Source: Tubulanus polymorphus
Lineage: Eukaryota > Animalia > Nemertea
Direction: 5' to 3'
DNA length: 64,000 bases
NCBI RefSeq assembly: GCF_964204645.1
Contig: NC_134027.1
Location: 7,286,485-7,350,484 of the forward strand
Positions 26,289 to 39,400 of this stretch are shown piece after piece. Positions within the stretch are counted from its first letter, which is position 1; each line of letters starts with the position of its first letter. The notes under the pieces were generated by a model that saw only the letters and a program-made list of their open reading frames with translations, was not told the DNA's origin and made no database searches. The position numbers and the translations under genes were made by a program.

Positions 26289-27878
26289 ATGGCGGACAGT
26301 GGTTTTTCCGCCCCTAAGGGGCAAAAACGCTGTTCTGGTGTGAGTTGCACCAGGTTTTTCGGGCAGTGGGATTCGCACCCCACGTGCCAGAAATGCCGGG
26401 CGACCTTACACGGAGCTCTGTGTTCTAGGGCTCAGATGTGTGCAACATGTCTGGAGTGGGACGAAGCGACCTGGAAACGGGCCGACAAGTCTCGCTCCTA
26501 CGCTTCTCGGAAAGAGAAGTCGAATAGTAGCGCTGGCAATACGTCAATCGTTTCTAACTCACCGAGTATTCCTGCTCCCCCGGCTCTCAATCGGCCGGTC
26601 ACGCAGGTTTCGGACCCACCTACGGAAGGTGGGCCGGGTTCCGTTCCGGCGGATTCCGTCTCCACGGGATCTCAATCGCGCCAACCGACCCGGTCACGTC
26701 TGATTTCCCGGTCCCGGTCGCATTCAAGAAGTCGGTCTCCGGTCCGGTCACGAGCCCGGTCATCCGGTCGCTCCCGGTCGAAAGTCCGGTCTCGGTCAAA
26801 AACCCGGTCCCGGTCAGGAACTCGTTCACCTTCAGGTACCAGTACCCGGTCCCGGACCCCGGTCAAGGTCCGCAAGGCACGCGAATACTCGATCTCTGTA
26901 TCACCTCGCAAAGGGTCTACAGCGGATTGCTCGTTTAGTGCGCACAGTGAGCGTCGTCCACGAGAGCGCCGTAGGGAAACGGATAAGCACGGCGGTAAGA
27001 GACACCGTTCTCGATCTCCGAGTAGGAACTCCGTTTCGCGCGCGCAACGCCGGAATGATAATGAGATCTACCGCCGGAGAAGAATGTCGTCGGTATCGTC
27101 GACCTCTCGGTCACGTTCCCGGTCTCCGGTGCGACACCGAAGGAAGCCTAATTCCAGCCTCAGGTCGGCTCCTTCAGGCGAAGTTAGTGCCATATTACTA
27201 GCCATTCAAGCGCAAATGTCGGCCCTCAATGAAGAGCTACAAGCACTAAAATCGGACCGTCATCCGCGCGGTTCTCCCTCCGGTTCAGAGCGCGACTCCT
27301 CTCCAGAGTTAGTTCTTGATCAAAATAATGATTTCGACACGGAAACCCCAGTGGATGGCACTTCCCGGTTGCCTCGTCCTGGGGCAGGCCCTCATCAAGC
27401 CGGCGAAAAATCCGTCCCGTTGGACGTTTCCAATCAGTCTACGGAGACGTTACGGACGAAAAGGGCAACCTCGCCCGTTCATTCAGTGACTACGGACGTC
27501 TTGACGGCTGGAGAGATGCCGTTCTCCGAACTCATTCGAGACGTCTTCTCCAAATACAAGGGCACAGTCCCTAAGCCCAAAACTACGCAGCCACGCGGGC
27601 TGGCATCTAGTATTTTCCAGCAACCAGAGGACCCCGCGGCTGTGGTGTTAGCACAACACCCAGCCTACTTGGAGGAGTGCAAAGATTCGCTCGACCCAAC
27701 GGTATGGGGAGCCCCTCGCTCCTCTCAGGACTGGTCGTGGCCTCCTCTCGAATCCGGTATCAAAGACCTAAAGTTCTTTTCGTGTACGGAGCCGCATATT
27801 ACTGGATTTCGTCCTAGCTATTATGCGACTCCAGGTTCGTCACCGGCACTTGAAAATAAGCGTCTTTCAGGTCGATAG
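26289..27878 (+). CDS. DIRS gag-like protein (Cys/His N-terminus, RS-rich region, coiled coil), truncated at the ~27845 junction
   Basis: MADSGFSAPKGQKRCSGVSC..DSHPTCQKC...CSRAQMCATC..W, the typical Cys/His head of animal DIRS1 ORF1; the 3' end reads into the antisense RT of the other half. Confidence 0.75.
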   Translation: MADSGFSAPKGQKRCSGVSCTRFFGQWDSHPTCQKCRATLHGALCSRAQMCATCLEWDEATWKRADKSRSYASRKEKSNSSAGNTSIVSNSPSIPAPPALNRPVTQVSDPPTEGGPGSVPADSVSTGSQSRQPTRSRLISRSRSHSRSRSPVRSRARSSGRSRSKVRSRSKTRSRSGTRSPSGTSTRSRTPVKVRKAREYSISVSPRKGSTADCSFSAHSERRPRERRRETDKHGGKRHRSRSPSRNSVSRAQRRNDNEIYRRRRMSSVSSTSRSRSRSPVRHRRKPNSSLRSAPSGEVSAILLAIQAQMSALNEELQALKSDRHPRGSPSGSERDSSPELVLDQNNDFDTETPVDGTSRLPRPGAGPHQAGEKSVPLDVSNQSTETLRTKRATSPVHSVTTDVLTAGEMPFSELIRDVFSKYKGTVPKPKTTQPRGLASSIFQQPEDPAAVVLAQHPAYLEECKDSLDPTVWGAPRSSQDWSWPPLESGIKDLKFFSCTEPHITGFRPSYYATPGSSPALENKRLSGR

Positions 27879-28280
27879 AAGCAGCCCCTTGCCCGGGTTT
27901 CAGGCCCTGAATGACTTCTTTGAGGGTCGTCATTTTGAATTTTGGGCAGTCGAGAAACTTGTTTAGGAGAGAGAGGTCTATCACCGTCCGAAGGCCACCG
28001 GACGCCTTGGGGACGGTGAAGATCCTGGAGTACCATCCCCGAGAGGGATGACCCTGAACGCGACGCAGGGCTCCTTTTTCGATTAGTTCCCGGATCACCG
28101 GGGTAATGTGTTGCTTCTGACCTTTCTTGGGTCGCATGTCCGGAGGAGACCTTCCCAAGGGAGGTTTCTTCCGAAACTGAATCCGGTACCCGGCCGAGAC
28201 GGTTCGTGTCAGCCAGGTATCGCCAAAGATCTCGTACCAGCGGAAAGCGCAGCTTCTTAGGCATGCTCCCACTGGTACGG
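27845..28280 (-). pseudogene. DIRS RT N-terminal fragment
   Basis: PVGACL..W..GYRIQF, YSRIFTVPKASGGLRTVIDLSLLNKF, ASIDLKDAYFQVP, then truncated. Confidence 0.85.
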
Positions 28281-28285
28281 AGCCT

Positions 28286-29986
28286 TCATTGCGTTTGATT
28301 AATCTGTCTCCGAAAGGGCTTGACCTTTTTTGGACCTTTACCCTTAGCAGAGAACTTCATGCCCGACTTCTGATTCGAAGTTAAGGCATTAGAACCATTT
28401 GCAGACCAGCCGGCCCGTCGATACTGGGCCGAGCGGCTAGCACCGTCCGGTACCGTAACCAAAACTGATTTCCCGGACGAAGACGCCGTAGGCTTGGTCA
28501 CGTCCTTTTTCTTAGGAATACGCCAAGGGGCCGTCTTTTGCTGCGAATCCTTCAGCCTTTGGGCCTGTTGAGCTGTCGGCCCACACCAACCCGAAAACAA
28601 ACGACTTGACGGCCCCAACGGGGCCCTATATAAGTTTTGTTTAATCGCATCTGGGAGTTTGGCATCCTTTAGCAAGGTGTGCCGAGCTATCAGGGCCAGA
28701 TTAGCCTGTAACCTGACTGCCACCGGCACTTGATGGCAGATCGCTTTTGCTGAAGACTGTAGCATCTCTCCAGCCGTCAAGACGTCCGTAGTCACTGAAG
28801 GAACAGGCGAGGTTGCCCTTTTCGTCCGTAACGTCTCCGTAGACTGATTGGAAACGTCCAACGGGACGGATTTTTCGCCGGCTTGACGAGGCCCTGCCCC
28901 AGGACGAGGCAACCGGGAAGTGCCATCCGCTGGGGCTTCCGAGTCGAAATCATTATTTTGATCAAGAACTAACTCTGGAGAGGAGTCGCGCTCTGAACCG
29001 GAGGGAGAACCGCGCGGATGACGGTCCGATTTTAGTGCTTGTAGCTCTTCATTGAGGGCCGACATTTGCGCTTGAATGGCTAGTAATATGGCACTTACTT
29101 CGCCTGAAGGAGCCGACCTGAGGCTGGAATTAGGCTTCCTTCGGTGTCGCACCGGAGACCGGGAACGTGACCGAGAGGTCGACGATACCGCCGACATTCT
29201 TCTCCGGCGGTAGATCTCATTATCATTCCGGCGTTGCGCGCGCGAAACGGAGCTCCTACTCGGAGATCGATGTCTCTTACCGCCGTGCTTATCCGTTTCC
29301 CTACGGCGCTCTCGTGGACGACGCTCACTGTGCGCACTAAACGAGCAATCCGCTGTAGACCCTTTGCGAGGTGATACAGAGATCGAGTATTCGCGTGCCT
29401 TGCGGACCTTGACCGGGGTCCGGGACCGGGTACTGGTACCTGAAGGTGAACGAGTTCCTGACCGGGACCGGGTTTTTGACCGAGACCGGACTTTCGACCG
29501 GGAGCGACCGGATGACCGGGCTCGTGACCGGACCGGAGACCGACTTCTTGAATGCGACCGGGACCGGGAAATCAGACGTGACCGGGTCGGTTGGCGCGAT
29601 TGAGATCCCGTGGAGACAGAATCCGCCGGGACGGAACCCGGCGCACCTCCCGTAGGTGGGTCCGAAACCTGCGTGACCGGCCGATTGAGAGCCGGGGGAG
29701 CAGGAATACTCGGTGAGTTAGAAACGATTGACGTATTGCCAGCGCTACTATTCGACTTCTCTTTCCGAGAAGCGTAGGAGCGAGACTTGTCGGCCCGTTT
29801 CCAGGTCGCTTTGTCACACTCCAGACATGTTGCACACATCTGAGCCCTAGAACACGGAGCTCCGTGTAAGGTCGCCCGGCATTTCTGGCACGTGGGGTGC
29901 GAATCCCACTGCCCGAAAAACCTGGTGCAACTCACACCAGAACAGCGTTTTTGCCCCTTAGGGGCGGAAAAACCACTGTCCGCCAT
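28286..29986 (-). CDS. DIRS gag-like protein, inverted copy with an apparent in-frame internal deletion
   Basis: Almost identical to the + copy up to ...TAGEM, then jumps to the C-terminal gag-like region (QANLALIARHTLLK...APLGPSSRLFSG). Confidence 0.75.
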   Translation of the reverse strand: MADSGFSAPKGQKRCSGVSCTRFFGQWDSHPTCQKCRATLHGAPCSRAQMCATCLECDKATWKRADKSRSYASRKEKSNSSAGNTSIVSNSPSIPAPPALNRPVTQVSDPPTGGAPGSVPADSVSTGSQSRQPTRSRLISRSRSHSRSRSPVRSRARSSGRSRSKVRSRSKTRSRSGTRSPSGTSTRSRTPVKVRKAREYSISVSPRKGSTADCSFSAHSERRPRERRRETDKHGGKRHRSPSRSSVSRAQRRNDNEIYRRRRMSAVSSTSRSRSRSPVRHRRKPNSSLRSAPSGEVSAILLAIQAQMSALNEELQALKSDRHPRGSPSGSERDSSPELVLDQNNDFDSEAPADGTSRLPRPGAGPRQAGEKSVPLDVSNQSTETLRTKRATSPVPSVTTDVLTAGEMLQSSAKAICHQVPVAVRLQANLALIARHTLLKDAKLPDAIKQNLYRAPLGPSSRLFSGWCGPTAQQAQRLKDSQQKTAPWRIPKKKDVTKPTASSSGKSVLVTVPDGASRSAQYRRAGWSANGSNALTSNQKSGMKFSAKGKGPKKVKPFRRQINQTQ

Positions 29987-31179
29987 AATCTGAAAGAAAA
30001 TACCAAACAACTCTCCTGACGGAGGATATGTAATATTGGTGACAAAATATATTTGAAAATACACTCTCGAAAGAGAAAAAATATACTACTGTAGAATGAA
30101 TATATTTATTATAGAATCGCAACGATAACCGGAAGAAATTTAAAAAATACCGACCGAATCGACGACGAAAGAATTCAACCGGAGAGGAGAGCACGTGCGA
30201 CCCCACCGAGAATCGACGAATCTAAATCAATGGATTCGATCCCCCAACCGATCGATCGCGACCAATATCGACAATCTTCCGCTTCTCTGTTCGATTAGTG
30301 ACTGATAATCATATATTTATGACCAGATGGGCGTTAAAAGACCGATAAATTAAACCGATTTTCCGACCAAACAATTCAAGCAGCTTGCTCGAACCGACGC
30401 CAGCGTAAAAAGATGGTGGATCTCCCGTTGAGGGCGCCACTATACGGGTTCTCAAAGTCGTTATTTCTGGCGTTATTTCCGGCCAAGCTAGCGTTGGCTA
30501 TGTATGTTTTTACAGGGAACGTATTGAAGGGAATACTAAAAATTATGATATTCGCCACAGTATCTAGGGGCAGCACTAGACGATTGAGATTTGACAGAAC
30601 TGTGGCATGCGAGCAGGAAATTCATCCGCGATCCTTTTTATCTAACCCTCACAATTAGATATTAGTCAATAACCCTAGGTCGCAAATCTAATTTGTATTT
30701 AAAATAAACATTAAAACATCGATCAAAGTGGGATTTCAACTGACGTGGACTGAAAATCAATCCGTTCAATGAAATATCTACATTTGGGTTTGCATTTGAT
30801 CGTAGCTCCAGGCGGATTTTCTCCACAATCGTTCATATCGAGTACTAGTCTTTGACACGATCAGATGGCGTTTTCTCGAGCTCTTCAGCTTTTGCTGTGT
30901 TTCCTGGCGATTTTGTGGCGCGGAGTATTTCGGAGTGGTGGCGTGGCGGCGGTGGATGGATTTATGTGTGCGGTGGATGGAGTTGTGTGCGCGGTGTGTG
31001 CAAGCGGAGTGGATGGAGTTGTGTGCGCGGTGTGTGCAAGAGGAGTGAATGGAGTTTATATGTGTCGTATGAATGTGTGGTATATTTTATATCTTATTTT
31101 TTTCATTATTTTTCTATATTATTTTGGTTTTTTCATTTTTTCTTTCATTTCATTCGTCCCTCGCCCCTGCCCTCACAAT

Positions 31180-31903
31180 CTCAGGGTTTCAACTGGCAGC
31201 GGCGGAGTCGGAGTTCTCTAATGTGGTTTTCGTTCCAGCTAGTGGCGGAGTGCTGGTGATGCGGATGTTACAACGGGGGACCTGCGATCAGAATAAGATG
31301 GGGGTGGTAGCAATCTTCGACTGAGGGGGCTGTTGGATCTTAAGGTCCCCAGTTTGGTCCTTTCCAGTCTGAATCTGCTGGTTCATTGCCTAAGGCTACC
31401 CATTGGGTTCCCCGTTCACCCAGTTGGCTTCTGCCATCTGGGTGTCGGTTGTCTTAGGTGGTGTGCTCAATTGGGTCCCCAGTTTGGTCCAGTCTCTTCT
31501 GAATCTGCTGGTTCATTGCCTTAGGCTACCCATTGGGTTCCCCGTTCACCCAGTTGGCTTCTGCCATCTGAGTGTCGGTTGTCTTAGGTGGTGTGCTCAA
31601 TTAGGTCCCCAGTTTGGTCCATTCTAGTCTGAATCGGCTGGTTTCTTCGCCTAAGGCTACCCATTGGCATCTTGCCGATTGGGTCCCCCGTTCACCCAGT
31701 TTTCTCTCTGGGTGCCGGCTGTCTTTTGGTGTTGATGCTTGAAGATCGGATATCCCCCGAAGCCGAAGATGTTTGTCGCTTCCCATCTTACTCTAATGCG
31801 GGTCCTCCGTAGTAACACCCGTGTCGTCAGCACCCTACCACTAGCTGGGACGGGGCCACGTTAGAGAACTCCGACTCTGCCACTGCCAGTTGGAACCCTG
31901 AGA
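31180..31903 (+). ncRNA. Candidate long hairpin RNA (copy B) with three loop repeats
   Basis: Paralog of 11698-12311; the arms still pair, and most copy-specific substitutions create G:U pairs. Confidence 0.5.
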
Positions 31904-32939
31904 ATTTAGACTTTGCTGTTATCAGCCAGAAGTTCTGTGCTGACTTCTTTCTCTTTCTCAGGTTAGATCAAATATGATGTAAAGCCGTTAAAACTATGTA
32001 TTACCAGCGTCTATTTGGTTGTACTTCAATAAAAGCCTTAAAACTCTGGAAATTTGATTTTTCATCCAAGGTTCTTTTCCCTTCCATCAAAATCTTTCCC
32101 AATTTTTCTTGTCGCAGCAGATGATAACGTCTATATTGTATTCGTGAACTCTGTAATCTCGAACATCTTTTGTGTACTTCAAATATATCGTTAACTCTGT
32201 AGTTTCGATTTCTGTTTCAGACCCCTCATCCTGGCCTATCATCTTTTCCCTCATCTCATCATCTTGTTAATTAATGATTATGTACTATTTAATTTCAGTT
32301 TGATTTTATCTAGCCCACTTGGGGCAATAGTAGTATATCAGGGGTTAATTTTTACTAATTCCAAAATACAGGTGTTCGATTCTCAGAAAAAAAGCCTGTT
32401 GGTGTTGATTTCTTAGAAGCTCTCTAAGGCAAAAAGCACAGAAATTCCGTTCTCAAAAAAACTGGCTTATCATGTGGGGAAGAGGTACATGGTTTGGCTG
32501 TACATGTACCAAACCCAAGCACGAACGGAGCGGGCACAATTATAGTTAATACTACTAATGATAGGGATGGTTATGAGATAATTAAAGCTTTCTCAAACCG
32601 CAGTGGTCAGGCTCTGTCTGACAAACATCTTGACTTAATATATAATATGCTCTTTTGTCATTTCACTAGCCAGAACAAATTCCGATGGTGAGAAGTCTGG
32701 TGATTCCCACATCCAGAATCCGACTCCGGGAATCCGAATCCGAGTCCGATGGCACCCTTGGACGTTCCAACAACATCATTACCTAGTCAGCACGCGGGAC
32801 AAACAACTTGGAGGATATAGGCATCAACATATACCCGAGAATTGAATGAACCCCAATTTCCCAATTATGTACTTCGATTTCGAAAAAAATTATGTTAGAT
32901 TGACCGCCGATCACACAACTATATCTGTACTTCGATTTT

Positions 32940-33800
32940 GAAAAAAAGCTTGTAATATAGTTATTTCCAAAATCTCGATGTATTAAATTAGGCAGAAAAA
33001 AGTTAACCCCAATCAATCGATTATGTGCTTCGACTATTTTAACGGTGAAAACGACCAAAAAATTAAAGTTAGACGAAATTCTTAACCTTGTAAACTTTCG
33101 GACTATTTACATGAAAAAACGACCAAATATTGTAAAATATAGTTATTTCCAAAATCTCGATGTATTAAATTAGGCAGAATAAAAATAGATAAAATTATTC
33201 AACCTTGTAAACTTTCGGACTAGTTACATAAAAAAGACCAAATATTGTAAAATATAGTTATTTCCAAAATCTCGATGTATTAAATTTAGGCAGAAAAAAG
33301 TAAAACCCAACCAATCGCTTATGTGCTTCGACTATTTAAACGGTGAAAACGACCAAAAAATTGAAGTTAGATAAAGTTCTTAACCTTGTAAACTTTCGGA
33401 CTATTTACATGAAAAAAAAGACCAAATATTGTTAAATATAGTTACTTCCAAAATCTCGATGTATTAAATTAGGCAGAAAAAAAGTTAACCCCAATCAATC
33501 GCTTATGTGCTTCGACTCTTTAAACGGTGAAAACGACCAAAAAATTGTAGTTAGACGAAATGCTGAACCTTGTAAACTTTCGGACTATTTACATGAAAAA
33601 AGACCAAATATTGTAAAATATAGTTATTTCCAAAATCTCGATGTATTAAATTAGGCAGAAAAAAAATAGATAAAATTATTCAACCTTGTAAACTTTCGGA
33701 CTAGTTACATGAAAAAAAGACCAAATATTGTAAAATATAGTTATTTCCAAAATCTCGATGTATTAAATTAGGCAGAAAAAAGTTAACCCCAATCAATCGG
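32940..33800. repeat. Tandem array of mixed ~180-bp and ~115-bp units
   Basis: ATATAGTTATTTCCAAAATCTCGATGTATTAAATT recurs at ~32955, 33135, 33250, 33435, 33615, 33735; only about one degenerate unit in copy A (~13870-14230). Confidence 0.9.
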
Positions 33801-36494
33801 TGAAACACGTCGATAATGAACCCAGCAACCATGAAAGGTAACTTAATGTTCATGGAAAAATTTTGATTCATTCTAAATGAAATATTATTATTATCACATC
33901 TAAATGACATATTTTGTCATTACAGGATATCTTCTAATGATCATTGCAGCTAAATTTCAACTATACGAAAAAGCCCAGATTAAGATCAACTACTCGTCCA
34001 AAATCTACAAACTGGAACAGTGCACAGATAAGGCCAGAACTGAACCCAGCAATCTTTAAAGGTAAGTTGATATACATGTTATTACCGGTATATAGAAATT
34101 TCAGGCCTCATATGAATATCATTTGATAAATTACTATCATCAAAATCTATTTACCGCTCCACATGACTAATCTTTTATCTTTACTAGTCTTGAACAATGA
34201 TGAACTAGTCCTACTACTGCAATTAATTATAGGGGTTTAAATCGGCAATTGACGTCAATGACGTAAATTATGATAAATCTGTCTGAAATGTTTTGCTTTC
34301 TTCAATTTGTTTCAGCCAAACTACGTACATCATCAAGAAGATACCCACAACGATTACTGATTGACCCATTTGCTGATGAAAACTGCAGAAGCCCAGGTGA
34401 TAAGTCGAGGAGCCTGCGACGAATGAAACACTCAACGATCGATTCTTCTACAATCGGTGGTTGATTTCTATAAAACATTTTATCAAGAGAAGCAGAGACA
34501 ATAGTGTATCTTATAAACACTAATTCGCGCAGCAATAATGCTAATGGATTATCTTATTAACACTGATTCAGGATAAACACTGTTTTAGAAGCAGCAAAGA
34601 CAATAGTGTATCTTATAAATTGAGGAGCAGCATAAATAGTGCATCTTATAAACACTGAAATCCAGGAGCGGCGAAGATAATAGCGCACTTCTGTAGTAAA
34701 GTATTGATTTTTTTTACTTATCACCCTTTTTCAAATCAGTCTGATAAATAATACAGTTTTTTCGAGGATATTATAATGTTTCATGCAATATGTGAGTAAT
34801 AAAAGCTAAGCTCCATTAATTCAAGATATTGATCTTTGATCCTTGGTTGATGGAAGATAAGTCAAGTTAGGTTAGTGACGAGGGGTAAATGTCGGCGTCG
34901 AGCGCCTAGTTTGAACTCGTAGGCCTGTTGAGTTAACACCTAAACTGAGATATAGTTTCAACATGATATTGTGAGTTTTATCCTCGTGCTTACCATAGTA
35001 AAACAGTCAACAGTGGCTATGCCCCTGTCTGGCTTTGCCCTAGATATCACATAGTTAGGAAACATATAACATAACGTTAGGCCAGTGTTCTATGTGCAAA
35101 TAAGTATTTGCGGAATTGTAGATGTATTAATTTGATGGCATTTTATGATATTTTTTCAAAGGCCCATGTAACTAATTTGACAAATGAATCGTATATGTCA
35201 ATTTTCACATCGAGTTTGAACTTTGACCCTCCATCAATCCGTTTGATGATCATAGCTACCTATTGGAAAACAAAAGCTTCATCTAAGGAGACCATTATTT
35301 ACATTTGAGAGGTAAAGCTAGGAGTAACGAGGCATAAAGTTTTAGCTAGGACTTATTTTGAACGTTTTAACATTGTTTATAGCTGTTTGAACATCTTTTA
35401 TTGTAATGGGTAAATCCATCACAAGATGGCTCTCATGAATAATCACTTAATAGCTTCAAATCGGGTGTATAATGATTATTAAGGAGTGGCAGTGAATCGG
35501 TAGTGCTTTTTTTTAAATTGGATTAAAAACTTTACGGTGAAGAAATGCCTGCAGTTGTAAATAGAGTATATATAATACATAATACAAACTACAAGTACAT
35601 AAATTAATAAAAAATTAGATAAATAAAACAAACAATAAATAATAAATAGTAAATAATACAAAATAAAAGCACATAAATAAAAAGATAATATAAAAACTAG
35701 ATGCAAATAATTAACAACAATACAAACAAACAACAAATTAATACTCTATTCACATGAAAAGGCATTTTTTCAAATATTTATCAACAAGGTTATTCATTTA
35801 TCGAACAACTTTCCTAAAGTATGCCAAAAACCCGATATCTTTTCTGTTGTTATTCAAAGCATTCTATCGGACTCAATTGTTAATTGACAAAACAAATAAC
35901 TATAAACCTTAACTAAATCGAACACACTTAAAAAAATAACTGATATGATAGAATGCTTTGAATAACTGTGATGAAAGATCGACCATCCTTTGAACTAGCC
36001 GCGCTCAATCACGGCTGTGACTGTTTATTGTTATACTGGGGTAGACTTACTGTCTAAAAATTTGGTAAATACATTTTACTTTTTTAAAAGAATGTTAAGC
36101 AGCTATAAACTTAAGTTATTGATGTTATTGATTAGTTACCGATTGTAAAATTACGTTGATCTTTTCGAAGCTGGAAGAAAAAACGTCAGAATACTTAGTA
36201 TGTAATGTCAGGGTGTTTGGAAATCTTTAAGTCAGGGCAAGGTTGCCAAATTCTAGTTTTCTAGTGAAAGTAATGTTAATGAAAATGATATTAAGACTGA
36301 TTAATTGATACTAAGATTTCCAGAGTGAATCCGAGTGTCTCATCTCTAGTTTTAATGCTCTATGTTGGAGACTGTTATTATAACACAGTTCGCATGTTTG
36401 TAAATAAGGAGTAATTAGAAGATGGCGTTTTCATACCAGAGTACTAGAGTACTAGACACCACTCATCACCACAAGTAATTTTTTTTCCTAATAA

Positions 36495-39400
36495 ATGGGG
36501 GAGAATGAACACCAGCCAGAAAACAATAATGTTAATGAAAATCAATATCATTGTCCATATTGTAAAAAATACATTAATAAATCTAATAAATCTCATCATG
36601 AAAAATCTGCAAATCATATAAAAAATGTAATAGATTTTGAAACTCCAGAAAATTCCAATGAAAGAAAAGAACGATTAGAAAATATGAATGTGGATGAAAT
36701 AAAATGTGAAGTTTGTAATGAATTTATAGTAAAAAGGAATTATAAAAGACATCTCGAATCACAAAAACACCATCAAAATTTGAGTAATAATGTTTTAGGA
36801 AAAGATTAAACTAAATCCATTTCAAATAAACCTTACATGGAAAATGTTAGAAATTATATTGATTCACTAGAAATAAAAGATACAATTGAAATTTTAGAAA
36901 CATTACATAGTAAAATTGGTCCTGCGGCTATTATATTTAGATTCTTTAAAGGAACAACAATAGAACATTATAGTAAATTTTATGAAATAATAGAAAAAAA
37001 ACTAGATTTGATAACAGATGTTGAATATCCAAAAATTAGTATCTCTGGGAAAGTAAGTTTTATAAAGTCAGAAGAAAAAATGAATTATATTATTCAAACA
37101 CACTCTGAAGAAATAATTTCAAAAACACAAATAAAAGAGTAGTTAGAAAAAATATTTAATTAATTTAAATGTCATATTGAAGAAAGATATTTTGAGGGTT
37201 CTGGCTTAACATTGAATGAAATTATATATTTAGATTTAAATGTTTATAATACAAAAAGGAATAAAACATCAAAAAGTAAAACAATGTTTAAAAATGACTC
37301 AAACTTTACAACAGAAAAGGATATTAAAGCATCAAGTTATATTAAATTACCATTTACAACAAAAGCAGTAATAAATGTTCAAAATGAAGATAATAAATGT
37401 TTTCTATGGTCAATTATTAGTTGCTTACACCCAACAGAAGATATTACGCATAGTTTAAGAATAACAAATTACCGGAAATATGAAACATTATATAAAATTG
37501 ATCAATATCCAGTAACTATAAAAATGATACCCAAAATAGAAAAAATTAATAAGTTAAAAATAAATGTATTCGAATTAATGCAATTACCAAAGACAAAAGG
37601 TGAAAATATTAAAGATTATACATTGGAAGCTTTATATTTAACAGAATATTATGATGATGAAAATGCTATAGATTTGTTAAATTACAAAAAAGATGAAAAT
37701 GAACATTATATGTGGTTAAAACAAATTGATTTATTCTTTAGAACAGAAAGTGATTTTAACAGTCATAAAATTTATCTATGTAGAAAATGTTTATCTAAAT
37801 TTAGAACTGAGAATACATTATTAAAATATAAAGAATTATGTGATAATAAAGATTTTTGTAAATTAATAATGCCAACAGAAAAAGATTATAAATTGAAATT
37901 TACTAATCATAAATTTAAAAATATTGTTCCATTTGTAATTTATGGGGATTTTGAATCGTTGAATAAAGAATTAACTGATCAAGATAGAAAAGAAATATAT
38001 AACAAAAAGCAATTATTAAAATCAATGGATAAAGGAAATGAATTAAATGAAGACACAACACAAGACCCGCCAATTATAAATACAATTAAAAAAGTTCATC
38101 AAAGAGCTGCTGCTTATGGAATTTATATAAAATCAAATTATCCCGAATTATATGAAAGTCAATATATTTCTTTTAGAGGTGAAAATGTAGTTAATGATTT
38201 TTGTAACAAAATAATTGAATTAAAAAGTGATTTTGCAAAATTATTAAACAGAAATAAAAGAATAGTTATGACAAAAGAAGATGAAGTTGATTTTAATTAC
38301 TCAACTCATTGTTGTTATTGTGAAAAACGTTTTTATTCATTTGATAAAAAAGTTAGAGATCATAATCATTTAAATTCAAAATATCGTGGAGCTGCTCATG
38401 AAGATTGTAATTTACAAGCTAAAAAAGTAAATTTCGTACCAATATTATTTCATAATTTATCAGGTTATGATACCCATCTATTTATAAAACAATTATCAAG
38501 GAAATTGGGCACAACTAATCAAGAAATAGAAGAATATAATGCTATGAATGGTGTAAATGTAAGAAAATATGATTTTAAACTATTAGCTTAAACATCTGAA
38601 AATTATATTTCATTTCAATTTGGTTGCATTAGATTTTTAGATTCTTATAGATTTCTAGCAAGTTCATTAGATAATTTATCAAAAAGTTTAGTTGATAATG
38701 ATTTTATAATAACTCGATATTATTATCCAAATGACCAAGATTTTAAATTATTGAGATTTAAAGGTGCAATTTCTTATTCATTTTATAAAACACACAATGA
38801 TTTTAATGTAACAGAATTATTAAATGATCAATTTTATGATCAATTAAAAGAGGAGTATGTGAAAGACGAAGTGTTTAATAGAACATTAAATATTTGGAAC
38901 CATTTTAAGATGAAAAATCATGGGGAATTAGTTGATTTATATTTAAAATCAGATGTTATGATATTGGCTGACATATTTGAAAAATTTAGAGAAGTTAATT
39001 TGAATCATTTTAATGTTGATCCTTATTATTGCTACTCTAGTCCAGGTTTAACCTGGCAATGTGGTTTAAAATATACAAATGTAGAATTAGATTTATTAAA
39101 AGAACCAGATATGGTTTTATTATTTGAAAAATCAATTAGAGGTGGAATTAGTGGTGTTATGGGAGATAGATATTTTAAAGCAAATGATGAATATAAATTA
39201 TTATATATTGACGCCAATAATTTATATGGTTGGGCAATGATGCAACCTCAACCGTATAAAAATTTTATATTAACAGAAGTTGAAAATGATGATAAAACTA
39301 ATTGGGAAAGCGCAATTATGAGTTTAGAAGATGAAGCACCAATTGGTTATTTCTTTGTAGTTGATTTAGAATATCCTGAAAATATAAAGTTTAAAACAAG

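Larger units (their letters stand above)
25757..30553. mobile_element. Palindromic DIRS derivative: two convergent 5' halves (terminus + gag) with ~1.77-kb inverted arms
   Basis: 25756-27519 is nearly the exact reverse complement of 28762-30536. TATTC is repeated at 25757-25761 and 30549-30553, and the empty site ATCGATTAGTTTATGTATTCGCCACAG is at 10801-10827. Confidence 0.85.

Noticed and set aside
26166-30064. RS-rich 570/592-aa ORFs resembling SR splicing factors
   Set aside because: No RRM; the Cys/His head, the adjacent DIRS RT fragment and the lack of introns identify them as DIRS gag.
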